Assembly (NCBI GenBank): GCA_964230645.1 | Contig: CAXRHT010000002.1 | Span: 1,408,001 to 1,472,000 of the forward strand | Direction: 5' to 3' | Length of the DNA: 64,000 nt | Origin: Bdellovibrionales bacterium | GTDB taxonomy: Bacteria; Bdellovibrionota; Bdellovibrionia; Bdellovibrionales; JAGQZY01 | Shown here: in pieces, positions 1-9,872 of the stretch | Layout: each line of letters begins with the position of its first letter | Numbering within the stretch: position 1 is the first letter of the stretch | Program-made: the position numbers and the translations under genes | The notes under the pieces: model-generated | Databases searched by the model: none | What the model saw: the letters and a program-made list of their open reading frames with translations, nothing else | Told to the model about the DNA's origin: nothing

Positions 1-2
1 AC

Positions 3-1844
3 CAATGCGTGGATAGTGACCGTTTTAGAAACGCAGAAATTGTTGCCAACAATTCAGAAAAAATTGAGTTTGCCAATTATCGCCACGAAAATTCTTATTG
101 GATTGCTAGCCTTGAAAAATCAGCGACTGTCAAAGCCGTTTACTTTCAGATTGTTCGTTTCGATGTGGTTTCTGGAGTGACGGCCGCGCACACACAAATC
201 CGTTTTGTATTTGACGAGAACTCCCCTCTCCAATTGAAATCTCAATCCAGTGATGAAACAACAACTACTAACGACCTCGTCATTTCTTATGAAGCCTCTC
301 GCCCCGAAGGGATTCCCTATAACTTTGCCCTGGGTGCGGTTGATAACTACCTTTCCGTCGCTCGAGTCATGTCGGGAGCGCAAAGACTTTCTGAGAGCAC
401 GGAAAACGCGACCGAACAGTACGAGATCGCCATTCCCGAAAATGAGCGCGTTGAGTTGATCGCACGAGGAATAAAGCAAAGTGATGAGGAAAAGTTCTCT
501 CGCTTTTACAATACTATTAAACCCAATTGTACCACAGAGGTTTTCACTCTTATTGACTCCCTTCCTAGCCAGCGCAGCAAAAACTCAGAACCCTTTTTAA
601 CAGTGATTTCTAATAATCCCATCGCAGGCCCCTCGATTGAGGCTCTAGAGGAAAGAAGTCTTCTTACAAAAAGATTTGCCAATCTTGACGACGACTTACT
701 GAGAGGTGCCACAGAGCCCCCTCAGAATGAAGAACCGGACCTGGAATTGAATCTACTCGCTGAGATTGAAGATTTCCCTTACTCCCTTGTTTTTGTATCC
801 GATGGAAAAATTAGAAACGACCGCGTTTTGAATAAGGCTAAGAAAGTGGCCTACGAAGTGGCTCCGCAATTGGTTCAACATATGGGAGCTAGCCTTATGC
901 TCTCCGGCCAAAACTCTTCTTTTTCACTTCTTGGTGCTCTAAAAGGCCTCTCTCCTGTACTCAAATCCGAATTAGAGAAAATGAACAGTGATCTTCCCGA
1001 TGAGGCAGCACAAATTTCTCTCTTCTTTGTTCCCTGGAATAAAACGGGAGAAAAAATCGATGTGCTTCAAGAATTAAATGTGGAAGCTCGTCTCCCTTTT
1101 GAGACCTACGAATCTTCTTTTGAAAAGATGGATCCTATTTTTGAAGGACTGGGACGAGCTTCAAGAGCCAAAGGCTCCACTGATGATTCCTTTTCTTTCC
1201 TAGGTCTTATGGTTCATATGAATCTTAAAAAAGACGCCAGCCAAATCCGATTGCAAGTTCTTGGACAAGCGGCACCCATGAAAAAACAATTTGATCCCAT
1301 TAAGGAAACAGAAAAAGCCGACATCTATTCATTCGTTATTCCTGATTACAGTGGGACTACGGCCCAACCCATGGTCTTAATGAATTTAGAACAAGATGTG
1401 CGCCAGGAAGAGGCCCAGTTTAATATTGAGTTTGGTCCCTTTTCAGGGCTGATCCCACAGGAAAATTCTTTTCAGTCTATGGGAGTTATTTCGGTAAGCC
1501 CTGACTCTTGTTTGGCCAGAGCTCAATCGTCTCCCTATCTGGAAGGTGAGGTGGCTGTTCTTGGAATTCTTGGCAAATGGAAAAACGTCAATTTCCATGT
1601 CACCAAAGTGGATTTTGACCTTGAGGCGCAGAACGCACGTAAAGTGGATGTGACTATTAAAACTCTTGGATTTATTTGTGCAGAAAATCATGAGGAGTCA
1701 GGAGACGCTTTCACCGACCAAGCCATCAGCCAAATTGACTCCTTAAAAGATAAAGCCAAAGAGAAAGGGACAAGTCTTGGACTCTCTATTTTAGATAGCT
1801 TCCTATCAAACAATGAGGAAAATAAACTTCCCGGCTGGGAATAG
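3..1844 (+). CDS. DUF4105/Lnb-N-like domain protein with long unknown C-terminal region (5'-truncated by window edge)
   Basis: Frame is open to the window start. AAHTQIRF, LVISYEA and FYNTIKPNCTT resemble the DUF4105 His and YNTxxxNCTT motifs. Confidence 0.55.
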   Translation, partial: QCVDSDRFRNAEIVANNSEKIEFANYRHENSYWIASLEKSATVKAVYFQIVRFDVVSGVTAAHTQIRFVFDENSPLQLKSQSSDETTTTNDLVISYEASRPEGIPYNFALGAVDNYLSVARVMSGAQRLSESTENATEQYEIAIPENERVELIARGIKQSDEEKFSRFYNTIKPNCTTEVFTLIDSLPSQRSKNSEPFLTVISNNPIAGPSIEALEERSLLTKRFANLDDDLLRGATEPPQNEEPDLELNLLAEIEDFPYSLVFVSDGKIRNDRVLNKAKKVAYEVAPQLVQHMGASLMLSGQNSSFSLLGALKGLSPVLKSELEKMNSDLPDEAAQISLFFVPWNKTGEKIDVLQELNVEARLPFETYESSFEKMDPIFEGLGRASRAKGSTDDSFSFLGLMVHMNLKKDASQIRLQVLGQAAPMKKQFDPIKETEKADIYSFVIPDYSGTTAQPMVLMNLEQDVRQEEAQFNIEFGPFSGLIPQENSFQSMGVISVSPDSCLARAQSSPYLEGEVAVLGILGKWKNVNFHVTKVDFDLEAQNARKVDVTIKTLGFICAENHEESGDAFTDQAISQIDSLKDKAKEKGTSLGLSILDSFLSNNEENKLPGWE

Positions 1845-1865
1845 TATCGATATTCCAAACTAATT

Positions 1866-1904
1866 AAAAAAGGAATGGTTATGCTCTTAAACCATTCCTT
1901 TTTT
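1866..1904. terminator. Intrinsic terminator (bidirectional-type)
   Basis: aaaaaaggaatggtt-N9-aaccattcctttttt inverted repeat. Confidence 0.8.
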
Positions 1905-1996
1905 ATGCCTTCTTCTTACCTAAAGTCCTGCATTCCATAAAAAGAGTTTCAATTTCTGGTCTGTCTTTAAGTCTTAGCGCCAGATAAAATCAAAGA

Positions 1997-2872
1997 ATGA
2001 AATATATCTCACTTTTTATAATGATCTCTTTTGTTGTGTATGGGTGTAAGAATAATGCCACTCGGAGCACCGCTTCGGAAGCCACTCAAGGATTACCAGG
2101 ACAGTCTGGATATTCTGAGGGACTTATTATTCATCCACGCCCTAACGACGTCCCCGATCCTGATTTTTCAAGCCCTGAAAATAACCTTTGTTATAACTAC
2201 GCCAACCTTTTACTGCGCAATGGGCGGGTCGAGGGGACACCGGAGTGGTTGGAGGAGGCCAGCGAATACCTAACCAACCAGCATAACGATTTAGATGGGC
2301 CTTTAAATCAAGAACTGCTCAATCAAATTTACTCTCATGGCACCATTGTTATCCATCATACAGCCGGTGGTGGTAACGCCTCTAGTGTCATCAACTACCA
2401 TATGCTCCCTCAGGGCTCTCATGGTCGAGGCTTTAGCGATACCGGCTATCATTTTATCATTGAACAAGATGGGCGCATCGTTACTGGGCGATCATTGGCT
2501 CAAATGGGAGCTCACGTAAGACAGATCCCTAATCGCGATGAGGACTGTGCTAACAATCAATACTTTATGGATCTGGATCCCGATTATCGTAGTATTGGGA
2601 TTGCTCTTATCGGACACTATTATCACAGAGGCTCTCCTCCTCCAGCACAGATCAATGCTCTTAGGCGCTTGGTGCAAAAGTTGAGGGAGCGTTTTAATAT
2701 TACGGAAGTTGTGCGCCACCGAGATCTTAAACATACTGCTTGCCCGGGAAGTGTTGGTTCTGTTTCGGGACTCTACTCTGAGCCCAGTGAGGAAACACTT
2801 CGCGCGCGCGCTCAGAGTTCTTCGCCCTTTCGAAACCCTCAAAGGAGACTGATATGTTATTCCTGTCAATAA
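1997..2872 (+). CDS. Lipoprotein N-acetylmuramoyl-L-alanine amidase (Amidase_2, T7 lysozyme/PGRP-like)
   Basis: Lipobox VVYG-C. IVIHHT, GFSDTGYHF, GAHV, SIGIALIG and HRDLKHTACPG give the His/His/Cys Zn ligands plus the catalytic Tyr. Confidence 0.88.
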   Translation: MKYISLFIMISFVVYGCKNNATRSTASEATQGLPGQSGYSEGLIIHPRPNDVPDPDFSSPENNLCYNYANLLLRNGRVEGTPEWLEEASEYLTNQHNDLDGPLNQELLNQIYSHGTIVIHHTAGGGNASSVINYHMLPQGSHGRGFSDTGYHFIIEQDGRIVTGRSLAQMGAHVRQIPNRDEDCANNQYFMDLDPDYRSIGIALIGHYYHRGSPPPAQINALRRLVQKLRERFNITEVVRHRDLKHTACPGSVGSVSGLYSEPSEETLRARAQSSSPFRNPQRRLICYSCQ

Positions 2873-3225
2873 CACTGGCATTTAATCTGTTCGCAAGTTC
2901 CATTGAAGAATCGAAAGTGGATAAGCTGATCAAAAATTATATTCAGCAGGCGGCAAAAGGAGAGATTAAATCTACTCTCTACACCAAAAACTACAAAGAC
3001 TTTGTTGAGGGCGATAAAGAGGTTTTTGCTCCATGTAAGAAAAATAAATGCAAGATTACGACTTCCCTTACAAAAGTGGACAATAATTCGGGACTTTGGT
3101 TAGCTCGTTTAAAAGTAAAATGGTTAGAAGATAAAAAACTAAAATCCATTCCCCACAGACAAGGTTGCTATTACATCAAAAACCTACAAATGTATGCCTA
3201 CGTGGAAGACTGTGACACTCGCTAA
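2854..3225 (+). CDS. Small secreted Cys-rich hypothetical protein
   Basis: AAGGAG RBS, overlaps the amidase stop, hydrophobic N-terminus, 4 Cys, followed by a hairpin. Confidence 0.7.
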   Translation: MLFLSITLAFNLFASSIEESKVDKLIKNYIQQAAKGEIKSTLYTKNYKDFVEGDKEVFAPCKKNKCKITTSLTKVDNNSGLWLARLKVKWLEDKKLKSIPHRQGCYYIKNLQMYAYVEDCDTR

Positions 3226-3252
3226 AAAATAAAGCCCTAATCAATAGGGCTT
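3225..3252. terminator. Terminator between convergent genes
   Basis: aagcccta-atcaa-tagggctt with an A-run on the left (U-tract on the minus strand). Confidence 0.6.
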
Positions 3253-3286
3253 CGTTATGTGTCTCATCTTTCCTTTTTCTGACTCG

Positions 3287-5065
3287 TTATTTTTTCAAAA
3301 GGTTTATCCCCAACTCTAAGAGTTGATGGGAGTCCACCACCGAAGGAGACTCTGACATCAGACATTGGGCTTTTGCTGTTTTAGGATAAGCAATAACGTC
3401 ACGAATAGCATCCGTGCCAGCTAAAATCATAACAAGGCGATCAAGACCCCAAGCGATTCCTCCATGAGGAGGCGTACCATAGGTGAGAGCTTCAACAAAA
3501 TACCCAAACTTTTGCTTAGCTTGCTCATCACTTAAGCCAAGAGCTCGAAACATGGCACTTTGAATCTCTTGATTATGAATCCTGATACTTCCCCCAGCTA
3601 ATTCATTACCGTTACAAACCAGATCATAGGCCTTTGCTTGCACTTTAGATAATTCACTAGGTGTTCCTGACTTTAGTAAATCCACATGATCCACCTTAGG
3701 CATGGTGAAAGGGTGGTGGCAGGCGACCCAACGCTTTTCTTTATCGTCATAGTCGAGAAGTGGAAAATTAATCACCCAACAGAATTTATCTTTACTGCGA
3801 TCAATTAGGTCGTACTTTTCTCCCAACTGATTTCTTAAAAGCCCCAAAGCACGACTTACAATGGCTTTGGTGTCGGACACCATCAGCACTGTACCGTAGC
3901 CTTCTGGGCACACCCTCTCGTAAAGCGACTTTAAGATATCTTGGGATAAGAATTTATTGACGGGTGACTGATACTCCTCCCCTTCTTTTTTGATCCAAAC
4001 GATACCACCGGCTCCTTCTGGCTTTATGAGCTTGATCCATTTATCAATTTGCGAGCGGGAGATACTTTCTTTAACAGGAAGACCTAGAGCTCTGACCACG
4101 CCACCATTTTCTATGGTGGAATCAAAGACTTTAAACCCACAGCCTTCAACGATATCTGAACACTCAATAATTTTCATAGGGTTGCGTAAATCCGGCTTGT
4201 CAGAGCCGTATTCGTTCATCGCTGTTTCGTACTCAAGACTTGGGATTTCATCAATTTCAACACCTTTGATCTTTTTCCAAATGGTGCGAAGGAGCTTTTC
4301 GTTCATCGTGCGGATATCTTCTTCGTCCACAAAACTCATCTCAATATCGATTTGTGAGAACTCAGGCTGACGGTCGGCTCTCAAGTCCTCATCACGAAAA
4401 CAGCGAGCGATTTGAAAATATCGATCCATCCCACCGACCATCAACAATTGCTTAAGTGTCTGAGGACTTTGAGGAAGAGCATAGAATTGATTCTGATTCA
4501 CTCGTGAAGGAACCAAATAATCACGAGCTCCCTCTGGGGTACTCTTATAGAGGATTGGGGTTTCAACCTCCCAAAAGCCATCTTCGGTCAAAGCGTCTCG
4601 AACCACCTTGGTCACTTCATGACGCATTCTTAGACATCTTTGCAGCTCAGGATTTCTTAGCGAAAGATAACGATATTTGAGTCGAACGGCCTCTGAAACG
4701 TTGGGATCTCCCACAACAAAGGGAGGGGTCGAGGCCTCAGAAAGAATTTCACATTTCTGTACTTCGATCTCCACTTCGCCTGTTTTCATTTTCTTATTAA
4801 TCATGCCCTCAGGTCTTGGACGCACAGTTCCTTCAATGGCAATAACGAATTCATTTCTGAGTTTTTTGGCAACGGCTGTCTCCTCTTTGCCAGGATCTAG
4901 AACAACCTGAACAAGACCCTCTCGGTCTCTGAGGTCCACGAAAACAAGCCCTCCATGATCGCGACGATTATTGACCCAGCCCATTAAAACCACAGTCTGG
5001 TCTTTTTCTTCGATTCCAACTTCTCCGCAATAATGGGATCTTTTCAATTCACTGACAAATGCCAT
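3287..5065 (-). CDS. aspS: Aspartate--tRNA ligase (probably non-discriminating)
   Basis: RRDHGGLVFVDLRD, STPEGARDYLVP, FRDEDLRADRQPEF, PPHGGIAWGLDRL. Confidence 0.97.
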   Translation of the reverse strand: MAFVSELKRSHYCGEVGIEEKDQTVVLMGWVNNRRDHGGLVFVDLRDREGLVQVVLDPGKEETAVAKKLRNEFVIAIEGTVRPRPEGMINKKMKTGEVEIEVQKCEILSEASTPPFVVGDPNVSEAVRLKYRYLSLRNPELQRCLRMRHEVTKVVRDALTEDGFWEVETPILYKSTPEGARDYLVPSRVNQNQFYALPQSPQTLKQLLMVGGMDRYFQIARCFRDEDLRADRQPEFSQIDIEMSFVDEEDIRTMNEKLLRTIWKKIKGVEIDEIPSLEYETAMNEYGSDKPDLRNPMKIIECSDIVEGCGFKVFDSTIENGGVVRALGLPVKESISRSQIDKWIKLIKPEGAGGIVWIKKEGEEYQSPVNKFLSQDILKSLYERVCPEGYGTVLMVSDTKAIVSRALGLLRNQLGEKYDLIDRSKDKFCWVINFPLLDYDDKEKRWVACHHPFTMPKVDHVDLLKSGTPSELSKVQAKAYDLVCNGNELAGGSIRIHNQEIQSAMFRALGLSDEQAKQKFGYFVEALTYGTPPHGGIAWGLDRLVMILAGTDAIRDVIAYPKTAKAQCLMSESPSVVDSHQLLELGINLLKK

Positions 5066-5142
5066 GCTTCACTCCTGTTGACTCCTTATAAATACCGAGT
5101 TTTGGTGGACAAAACAACCGATTCATCCTATTCTCCTGAGCT

Positions 5143-5448
5143 ATGCCTAAAGTAAACATTGATTACAATTCGCCATTACAAGCCCAAGAAACCTATGACA
5201 AGGTGAAAGACTTCCTTGCCAACGATGAAAGCATCAAAAAAATTGATCCGAGTATTAAAGCGGACTTCAATGATGCCAGCAAATCAGGAGAGGTTAAAGG
5301 GAGTAAATTTAAAGCCAATATGAATGTGCAAGAAGCGGGTGACCAGTCGAAAGTTTCGATTGTTGTCGACCTTCCAATGCTTCTGGGTGCCTTCAAAGGG
5401 CAAGTCAAATCCACTATTGAGAGCAAATTAAATAAAGTTCTCGGCTAG
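5143..5448 (+). CDS. Polyhydroxyalkanoic acid system (PHA_gran_rgn)-like small protein
   Basis: 101 aa with C-terminal VDLPMLLGAFKGQVKSTIESKL, typical of the family. Confidence 0.6.
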   Translation: MPKVNIDYNSPLQAQETYDKVKDFLANDESIKKIDPSIKADFNDASKSGEVKGSKFKANMNVQEAGDQSKVSIVVDLPMLLGAFKGQVKSTIESKLNKVLG

Positions 5449-5458
5449 TTGATCTCCC

Positions 5459-6439
5459 ATGGCTCGACGATCAAAAAAGAAAAAGAAAAAAGGCAAAAAG
5501 CTCTCCGCTGAGATCGTTGAAGAAAAAGAAACCGCTCAGGAAAAGGAAAATCGGCGGGTCGCCGAGATCGTGGAGGATGAGCCCTCCTCATCAACACCGC
5601 AACCTCCTGCGAAACTTCCAGCGCTTTCCGATGGTCTCAGCCATTATATGGAGGCGATCCAAAAATACCCCCTCCTCTCCAAAGAGGAGGAGATCAAAAT
5701 TGCCACTCGATATTATGAAGAGGGGGATCCTGAGGATGCGGAAATTCTTGTGACCTCCAATCTCCGCTTTGTGGTGAAGGTGGCCGCGGAATACTCTCAA
5801 TTCGGCTCCAAATTGATCGATCTTATCCAGGAAGGCAATGTAGGCCTTATGCATGCGGTGAAGGAATACAATCCCTACAAAGGGGCCCGCCTGATCACCT
5901 ACGCAGTCTGGTGGATCCGGGGCTTTATTCAAGATTACCTTATGAAACAGCACTCTATGGTGAAAATCGGTACCACCCACAACCAGAGGAAACTCTTTTA
6001 CAACCTAGAAAAAGAGAAAAATAAGCTCGATCAAATGGGAATGGAACCGACAGTAAAACTGCTCAGTGACCGACTGGGTGTTCCCGAAAAAGATGTGCGC
6101 CTAATGGAAAAGCGCATGAGTGGTAAAGATTTGAGTCTTGACCAACCTGTTGGAGACGAAAGCTCCAGTCGTCTGCTTGATTTTGAAGAGGGCTCTCAAA
6201 CCGAGGTTACCGAACAGCTCATCGAAAAAGAATCCATCGCGCAGCTTCAGAGTGTGCTAGAAAAGCTCAAAGAAAAGTTTTCTGATAAAGAACTCTATAT
6301 CCTTGAAACTCGACTTCTTAATGACGAACCGAAAACTTTGCAAGAAATCGGCGACGAGTGGGAAGTGACTCGCGAGGCTGTTCGACAGATGGAGGCTCGC
6401 CTCCTAAAAAAAATAAAAAAAGAAATGATTCCTCAATAA
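5459..6439 (+). CDS. rpoH: RNA polymerase sigma-32 (RpoH) family factor
   Basis: [27 protein letters not shown], RpoH-box-like QRKLFYNL, region 4 [14 protein letters not shown]. Confidence 0.9.
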   Translation: MARRSKKKKKKGKKLSAEIVEEKETAQEKENRRVAEIVEDEPSSSTPQPPAKLPALSDGLSHYMEAIQKYPLLSKEEEIKIATRYYEEGDPEDAEILVTSNLRFVVKVAAEYSQFGSKLIDLIQEGNVGLMHAVKEYNPYKGARLITYAVWWIRGFIQDYLMKQHSMVKIGTTHNQRKLFYNLEKEKNKLDQMGMEPTVKLLSDRLGVPEKDVRLMEKRMSGKDLSLDQPVGDESSSRLLDFEEGSQTEVTEQLIEKESIAQLQSVLEKLKEKFSDKELYILETRLLNDEPKTLQEIGDEWEVTREAVRQMEARLLKKIKKEMIPQ

Positions 6440-6449
6440 AGGAGTGGGT

Positions 6450-6983
6450 ATGAACCCCTGGCATGATGTAGAATTGGGAGAAGACATTCCCCATAGCTTT
6501 CCCGCAATTATTGAAGTCCCTAAAGGGTCGAAATATAAGTACGAACTCGATAAAAAAACAGGCCTTATCAGAGTGGATCGCGTCCTATTTAGTTCGGTTC
6601 ACTACCCGGCCAATTACGGCTTCATCCCCAGGACCTACTGCGATGACAATGACCCTCTCGATGTTCTGGTCTTAGGACAGGAACCCGTCTACCCTCTTTC
6701 GATGCTTACCGCAAAGCCCATTGGTCTGATGAAAATGATGGACCAAGGCGAGGCTGATGATAAAGTCATCGCGGTTCACTCCCATGACCCGGAATACGCC
6801 CACTACGATTCGATTAGTGAATTACCTCCCCACCGGCTTGATGAAGTGAGAAAGTTTTTTGAAGATTACAAAGCCCTTGAGAAAAAGAAAGTGGTGGTCG
6901 AAAAGTTTTTTGGCCCCAGTCATGCCGTAAAGAGTTTAGAGGATGCGATCAAGCTTTATAAGGAAACCTTCCCTAATAAATAG
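6450..6983 (+). CDS. ppa: Inorganic pyrophosphatase (family I)
   Basis: [39 protein letters not shown] precedes the ATG at 6450. Confidence 0.95.
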   Translation: MNPWHDVELGEDIPHSFPAIIEVPKGSKYKYELDKKTGLIRVDRVLFSSVHYPANYGFIPRTYCDDNDPLDVLVLGQEPVYPLSMLTAKPIGLMKMMDQGEADDKVIAVHSHDPEYAHYDSISELPPHRLDEVRKFFEDYKALEKKKVVVEKFFGPSHAVKSLEDAIKLYKETFPNK

Positions 6984-6994
6984 GACTCTCTTTT

Positions 6995-7909
6995 TTAACT
7001 GTTGAGCTGCCTTATATGGGTGTAATTGAGAAGGGCCACAAATACGGCTCCGCCGACCAGATTTCCGCAAAGCATGACAAAAATTGTGACAACGACTGAT
7101 TCTAAGCCAATCGCATTGGTGAAAAAGTAACCAGTGAAAATCTCAGCAGAACCCGCAATGGAGTGGTGCAAACCACAAAGGCCAATAATAAATGTCACAA
7201 TATAAATAAGAAAAATCTTTTCGACATCAAGGCGTGTGGTTAAAAAGAGCCAGGCCCCTTGTGCCATTAACCACCCAGCAAGAATGGCGCTAACAAAAAT
7301 TTGAAAGTCAGTAAAATGGATCAGATGCAGAGCCACTTCAATATAGCCTTGTTTAGCTTTGACAACGGGGTTCGCCAAAAATATGAGAAGAGAGCTTGCG
7401 ACTGTTCCAAGCAAATTTCCCAATGCCACAAGGCTTAACATTTTCACCAGGCCCTTAAAGGAGCATTTTCGATCCAAATAAGGGTAGACAGCCGTGGCCG
7501 TGTGTTCTGTAAAGAGTTGAGTTCCACTCATAATACAAATGATAAACCCCAAAGGATAAACCATAGCCATAGACACTTGTGTGACTAATGGGTCATAGCT
7601 GTTCTCTAGACAAAGCTGCTTCACTTTTGAAACCACCATAGCAGCAAAACCTAAAATCAGGCCGGCAGCAATAGCGGAGAAAAGAAGAGACATCCAGCCC
7701 CGCTCGATTTGCTCTTTTCCTTCTCGGATCGCGAATTCCAAGGTATCATCGGGATGGGTTTGGTGCTGATCAATTCTTTTAATAATAACGGGTTGAGACT
7801 GCAGGTCTTCAATTTGACGATCTTTACTGCGATCACCACTGGATTTAGAAATTTCTTTATTCACCTGTTTTGCTGAGGGTTTGGTGGGATCCCCGTCATT
7901 GGAAGTCAT
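6995..7909 (-). CDS. Formate/nitrite transporter (FNT, YfdC-like)
   Basis: YPLGFII, QLFTEHT, AILAGWLM, HSIAGS, GNLVGG; multiple TM helices. Confidence 0.88.
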   Translation of the reverse strand: MTSNDGDPTKPSAKQVNKEISKSSGDRSKDRQIEDLQSQPVIIKRIDQHQTHPDDTLEFAIREGKEQIERGWMSLLFSAIAAGLILGFAAMVVSKVKQLCLENSYDPLVTQVSMAMVYPLGFIICIMSGTQLFTEHTATAVYPYLDRKCSFKGLVKMLSLVALGNLLGTVASSLLIFLANPVVKAKQGYIEVALHLIHFTDFQIFVSAILAGWLMAQGAWLFLTTRLDVEKIFLIYIVTFIIGLCGLHHSIAGSAEIFTGYFFTNAIGLESVVVTIFVMLCGNLVGGAVFVALLNYTHIRQLNS

Positions 7910-8190
7910 AAGCCTTTCTAACCGTCCCCTTCCGGAAGGTAAACTAAATTCTTATTATTATTGGATAAATACAGTCGCCTCGCGCAACCACGAAGCGCAG
8001 ACTCCCCTTAATTGAAAACTTTCTACCAATCTCCCTTTCCTATTTTATAAATTTTATATTTTTCCCCGTGTTTAACTCCAGACAGGCGCGCGGTTAAGCA
8101 ACTAAAATTACTGAAGAACTTCAGAGCTGACACAATAACCAAATCTTGTCGAAAAGCGCCCTTTACCTTTTACGTGCTTTTAAATAGAAG

Positions 8191-8250
8191 TCTTTTTGAA
8201 CACTCGTATAAGCCTGAACCCCCATCTATTCAGGCGATATTCAAAAGGAG
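8191..8250 (+). promoter_or_regulatory. Putative RBS-sequestering 5'UTR structure
   Basis: tctttttgaa (8191-8200) pairs with ttcaaaagga (8240-8249, includes the SD). Inner stem gcctgaa/ttcaggc. Confidence 0.45.
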
Positions 8251-8257
8251 ATTAACC

Positions 8258-8809
8258 ATGAAACATTTTTTACTAGGACTTAGCATTCTCACTCTAACAG
8301 TAGTGAGTCAGGCTGAATTCCAAGGGGAGTACGTCAATAACCAAGCTTTCTACAATGCAACCCAATTCTGGGAAGACAAAGTAAACCCCGATCTTGATTA
8401 CTTCCTCAATATTGATTTTACCCAACATCCTGAAGGTCAATTTCTTGAGGCTCAAAAAGAAGTCGAGAACTATGCGCTGAGAGCTCCTGCCAAAACAAAG
8501 GTGCAAAAAATATCCACCCAATCGATGGATGATTTACTTGAAATTGTGTTTTCCTATGACGAGCCATTTTTTTGCTACACTTATACTGATCTTCCAGAAA
8601 ACTTCGGTGATTACGAAAAGTTCGGAGCTGACTGTATCGACGCTACTAGTAGCTTCATTGCTGAGGCTTTAAAATCAGCAGACGCTGCTTATGTCGTCAA
8701 TGCCTACGGTCGCGACTGGGGAATTTTTCGAGTGATCACTCTCTTCCTCTTTGATTTTGAGAACAAAGAATCCTTGAGGGTCGAGTTTGATATTATTCAT
8801 GAAATTTAA
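8258..8809 (+). CDS. Secreted acidic hypothetical protein
   Basis: AAGGAG RBS before ATG 8258; signal peptide MKHFLLGLSILTLTVVSQA. Confidence 0.75.
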   Translation: MKHFLLGLSILTLTVVSQAEFQGEYVNNQAFYNATQFWEDKVNPDLDYFLNIDFTQHPEGQFLEAQKEVENYALRAPAKTKVQKISTQSMDDLLEIVFSYDEPFFCYTYTDLPENFGDYEKFGADCIDATSSFIAEALKSADAAYVVNAYGRDWGIFRVITLFLFDFENKESLRVEFDIIHEI

Positions 8810-8849
8810 GAAAACATTTTTCTGCTGAAATTTGTTTGCTTTATTGCCT

Positions 8850-8878
8850 AACCAGATCCATCGTGATCTGGTTTTTTT
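8850..8878 (+). terminator. Intrinsic terminator
   Basis: aaccagatc-catcgt-gatctggtt followed by a T-run. Confidence 0.75.
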
Positions 8879-9869
8879 ATATTTGATTTTGAATCAGATC
8901 ACAGACGGCTTTTTCCTCAGGGGTTGACCATTTTTTTCGGTCCCATTCTTTCTTTATTTTTTCTACTAAATCCTGAATGGTTCTACCTTCATTGTAGCGC
9001 TCAATAATTCTTGGATCGATATAACTTGAGCGTGCCGTGTTTCTTGTGTTTCCCAATGTCGATGCGACATGATCGACCGCATTGATGATCTTTTTATTTC
9101 TGAGATCCTCCTTATCCTCAGGCCCCAATTTCGCCAAAAGAGTCGCAGCCAGGTAGGTGCCAGCCCAAGTACGAAAGTCCTTCCCTGTAAACCTTTCTCC
9201 CATCACTTCATGAATATAATCGTTCAACAAGGTCGGACTGACTTTTCGCCACTTCCCAGTGGAGCCATCCTTAAACTTGAAAATTTCATAGCCAGGCACT
9301 TGATCAAGCTCTTCGATTACTTGAATCAATCGATCATTTGCAATCTCTCGGTGCTGTATTTGACCTGATTTTCCTTTGTAGTCAAAGGCTGCGACATCAT
9401 CTTCAACGTTGAGGTGCTTTGAGCGAAGAGTGGTCAAACCAATAGTTTTGTTTTCTTTATAGTAGGAAGGATTTCCCACTCGAAAGTAGGATTCATCGAG
9501 CATCCGCACCATTGAGGCAAGGACTCTTTTCCGCCCCAGTTGATCAGTGGCCATATGTTGCCCGGTAACTCTGCGCATATGGGAAAGACGGGAGGCAAAT
9601 TCAACGATGCGATCAAATTTCCTCTCCTCCCTACGAGCGCGCCAGTTGTCATTATAAACATACTGTTTCCTGCCTTTGGAGTCTCGTCCCCAGGCATAGA
9701 TCTTCGCCTTTTTGTTAAGATCAATGACAACCTCTTGCCAAGCGGGTGGAATGGCAAGTCCCTTGATCCACTCCTTTTTACTTTGAGAGCTTAGATAGCG
9801 CCCCGATTCTTTGTATTTATAGCGAAACCCCTGACCCCAGGGTTTCCTTAGGATAAGCTGTTCTGACAT
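8877..9869 (-). CDS. DNA topoisomerase IB (bacterial type)
   Basis: IPPAW, GRDSKGRKQYVY, FRVGN, YKGKSG, KDFRTW, LGNT..ARSSYIDP (catalytic Tyr). Confidence 0.93.
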   Translation of the reverse strand: MSEQLILRKPWGQGFRYKYKESGRYLSSQSKKEWIKGLAIPPAWQEVVIDLNKKAKIYAWGRDSKGRKQYVYNDNWRARREERKFDRIVEFASRLSHMRRVTGQHMATDQLGRKRVLASMVRMLDESYFRVGNPSYYKENKTIGLTTLRSKHLNVEDDVAAFDYKGKSGQIQHREIANDRLIQVIEELDQVPGYEIFKFKDGSTGKWRKVSPTLLNDYIHEVMGERFTGKDFRTWAGTYLAATLLAKLGPEDKEDLRNKKIINAVDHVASTLGNTRNTARSSYIDPRIIERYNEGRTIQDLVEKIKKEWDRKKWSTPEEKAVCDLIQNQI

Positions 9870-9872
9870 TAA

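Noticed and set aside
1997..2872. Prophage endolysin
   Set aside because: Has a lipoprotein signal, and there are no holin or phage genes nearby.
5475..5500. A-rich tract at the rpoH 5' end as a phase-variation or frameshift site
   Set aside because: Interrupted run encoding poly-Lys in an intact frame.
8877..9869. Tyrosine recombinase/integrase marking a mobile element
   Set aside because: Motifs match topoisomerase IB; no att repeats, tRNA target or mobility genes were seen.
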